57,682 nucleotides of DNA. It comes from an uncultured Blastococcus sp. Lineage in GTDB: Bacteria > Actinomycetota > Actinomycetes > Mycobacteriales > Geodermatophilaceae. A program made the position numbers and the translations under genes. Below, in pieces: positions 56,340 through 57,682 of this stretch (position 1 is its first letter; each line of letters starts with the position of its first letter). The notes beneath the pieces were generated by a model. The model was not told the origin of the DNA. It saw only the letters and a list, made by a program, of their open reading frames with translations, and did no database searches. Location: NCBI GenBank assembly GCA_902805535.1, contig CADCTN010000146.1:1-57682 (forward strand). The letters are read 5' to 3'.

Positions 56340-57449
56340 TCAGCCGCCCAGCGCCGTCACCATGCTCATGACGGTGCGCATCTGCGGGCCGGCCTTGGTG
56401 GCGTAGTCGACGTCCTGCGGGCCGAGGTAGCCCCACCAGTCCCAGCACCCCTTGGGGTTGTAGATGACCGGGCCGCCGTCCGGGCGGGCCTGCGGGTAGA
56501 GGACGACCAACCGGTTGGTGTCGGCGTAGGCGTTGAGGCCGGAGTTGCGCGCGAAGGTGTCGCCGATCTGCTCCGCCGTCTGCTGGCAGCCGTGCAGCGC
56601 GAGGACGACGGCGCACTCCGCGCCCTTGGCGCAGGCCTCGGGCGTGTAGACGTAGCCGGTGCTGCCCATGCCGATCGCCGGCCCGCCGGATCGGCTGACG
56701 TCGCCGTTGCCCGGCTCGGGGGCGACGGCGTACCTGTTCTGGTCGAAGGCGCGCAGCGTGCCGCGCGGCTTCCCGGTGTTGGGCGCGTTCACCGAACCGA
56801 GCAGGGTGCGCAGCGAGTCGGCCTGGGCGTCGTAGGGCGAGCAGTTGTTGAGGTACGGCGGGGCCGTCTGCGCGCAGGGCACCGGGCCGAGGGGGCTGAT
56901 CCAGCCGTGGCCGGCCGCGAGCTCGTTGCGGTAGGTCAGCGGGACGCCGTAGTGGCGGTAGAAGTCGGCCAGGTTGTCCGCGACCGGGCGGACGACGGTC
57001 GGGTCCAGCGTGCCGTGGAAGAAGTACGTGGGGCTGTGGGCCAGGTTCGACAACGGGTCGATCCTGCCCTCCTCCTCGTACCGCTCGGTCGTCTCGTAGA
57101 TCACCGGCATGGGCGTCGGGACGGTGTAGGCGGTGCAGGACTGCAGCGCGACGGCGACGCTGTTCATGGCGCACCAGTAGGGGCCGGCGCTGAAGATCGC
57201 GGCGCCCGCGATGCGGCTGGAGTGGGCGACCTGCAGCTGCGTCGCCATGTACCCGCCGGAGGAGATGCCGGCGACGTAGGTGTCGCCGATGTTGAGCCGC
57301 GGCAGACCGCCGTCGCCCGGCGCCTGCTTCGGCGCCGCGCCGGCGGGTGTGGTCAGCGCGGCGAGCGCGAGCGCGACAGCGGTGGCGAGGACGGCGAACC
57401 GGCGTCCTGCTCGGGACGGACGGGTGCGGGTGCGGGTGCGGGTGACCAT
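56340..57449 (-). CDS. Secreted PHB-depolymerase-like esterase
   Basis: Signal peptide; GISSGG lipase box; HGTLD; GHG; LHGC; NPKGCWDWWGY. Confidence 0.87.
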   Translation of the reverse strand: MVTRTRTRTRPSRAGRRFAVLATAVALALAALTTPAGAAPKQAPGDGGLPRLNIGDTYVAGISSGGYMATQLQVAHSSRIAGAAIFSAGPYWCAMNSVAVALQSCTAYTVPTPMPVIYETTERYEEEGRIDPLSNLAHSPTYFFHGTLDPTVVRPVADNLADFYRHYGVPLTYRNELAAGHGWISPLGPVPCAQTAPPYLNNCSPYDAQADSLRTLLGSVNAPNTGKPRGTLRAFDQNRYAVAPEPGNGDVSRSGGPAIGMGSTGYVYTPEACAKGAECAVVLALHGCQQTAEQIGDTFARNSGLNAYADTNRLVVLYPQARPDGGPVIYNPKGCWDWWGYLGPQDVDYATKAGPQMRTVMSMVTALGG

Positions 57450-57610
57450 CGGTTCTCCCGTGGGCGACATCGAGCACAGGGTGCGACCCGGGTGGGCCGC
57501 CGTGGAGAACGAGCCCTACCCGCCGAGGTCACGCCCCAGTCAGCCCTGCGGGCCGGTGGCGTCCGGGGTGCCCGGCGCCCTGCCTTCCGTGCCGCCGTCG
57601 CCGTCGCCGT

Positions 57611-57682
57611 TCACGCGAGAAGAGCCCGTACCGGCTCCCCGGCCAGGAAGGCGGCCACGTCCTCGACCGCGTCCCGGTAGAA
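57611..57682 (-). CDS. C-terminus of a probable D-2-hydroxyacid dehydrogenase (partial)
   Basis: FYRDAVEDVAAFLAGEPVRALLA* at the window edge. Confidence 0.6.
   Translation of the reverse strand, partial: FYRDAVEDVAAFLAGEPVRALLA

Noticed and set aside
57421-57444. (ACCCGC)n hexamer repeat in the esterase signal peptide as phase variation
   Set aside because: The unit is in frame (Thr-Arg), so slippage would not switch expression

Overview
This is a very GC-rich actinobacterial chromosome segment. Gene style and content suggest Geodermatophilaceae (Blastococcus/Geodermatophilus-like); that assignment is inferred. It holds about 63 CDS, and I found no rRNA, tRNA or CRISPR array. From left to right: the 3' end of an IS110 element; an organic-acid catabolic and transport block (RraA, two GntR, MFS, an internally deleted LeuB/Tdh-type gene, cupin, Ldh2, CitAB-type two-component system, TctCBA); a GlnA4-type gamma-glutamylation cluster; several small stress genes; a DTE-motif xanthorhodopsin-like microbial rhodopsin; ECF42 with a DGPF protein; TetR/MmpL; a nucleic-acid block (pseudo-DEDDh exonuclease, DUF6884, a 1976-aa DUF4011 SF1 helicase-nuclease, RtcB, AAA ATPase); a bacteriophytochrome-PP2C phosphatase/STAS/RsbW partner-switching module; then ilvA, arr and a PHB-depolymerase-like esterase. 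The best candidate for a new system is a red-light-sensing phytochrome phosphatase feeding a SigB/SigF-type partner switch. SigB/SigF-like promoters lie in front of the rhodopsin and six other genes in the window. The second candidate is a helicase-nuclease/RtcB island with several catalytically degenerate domains. All family calls come from motif recognition by eye, not database searches.
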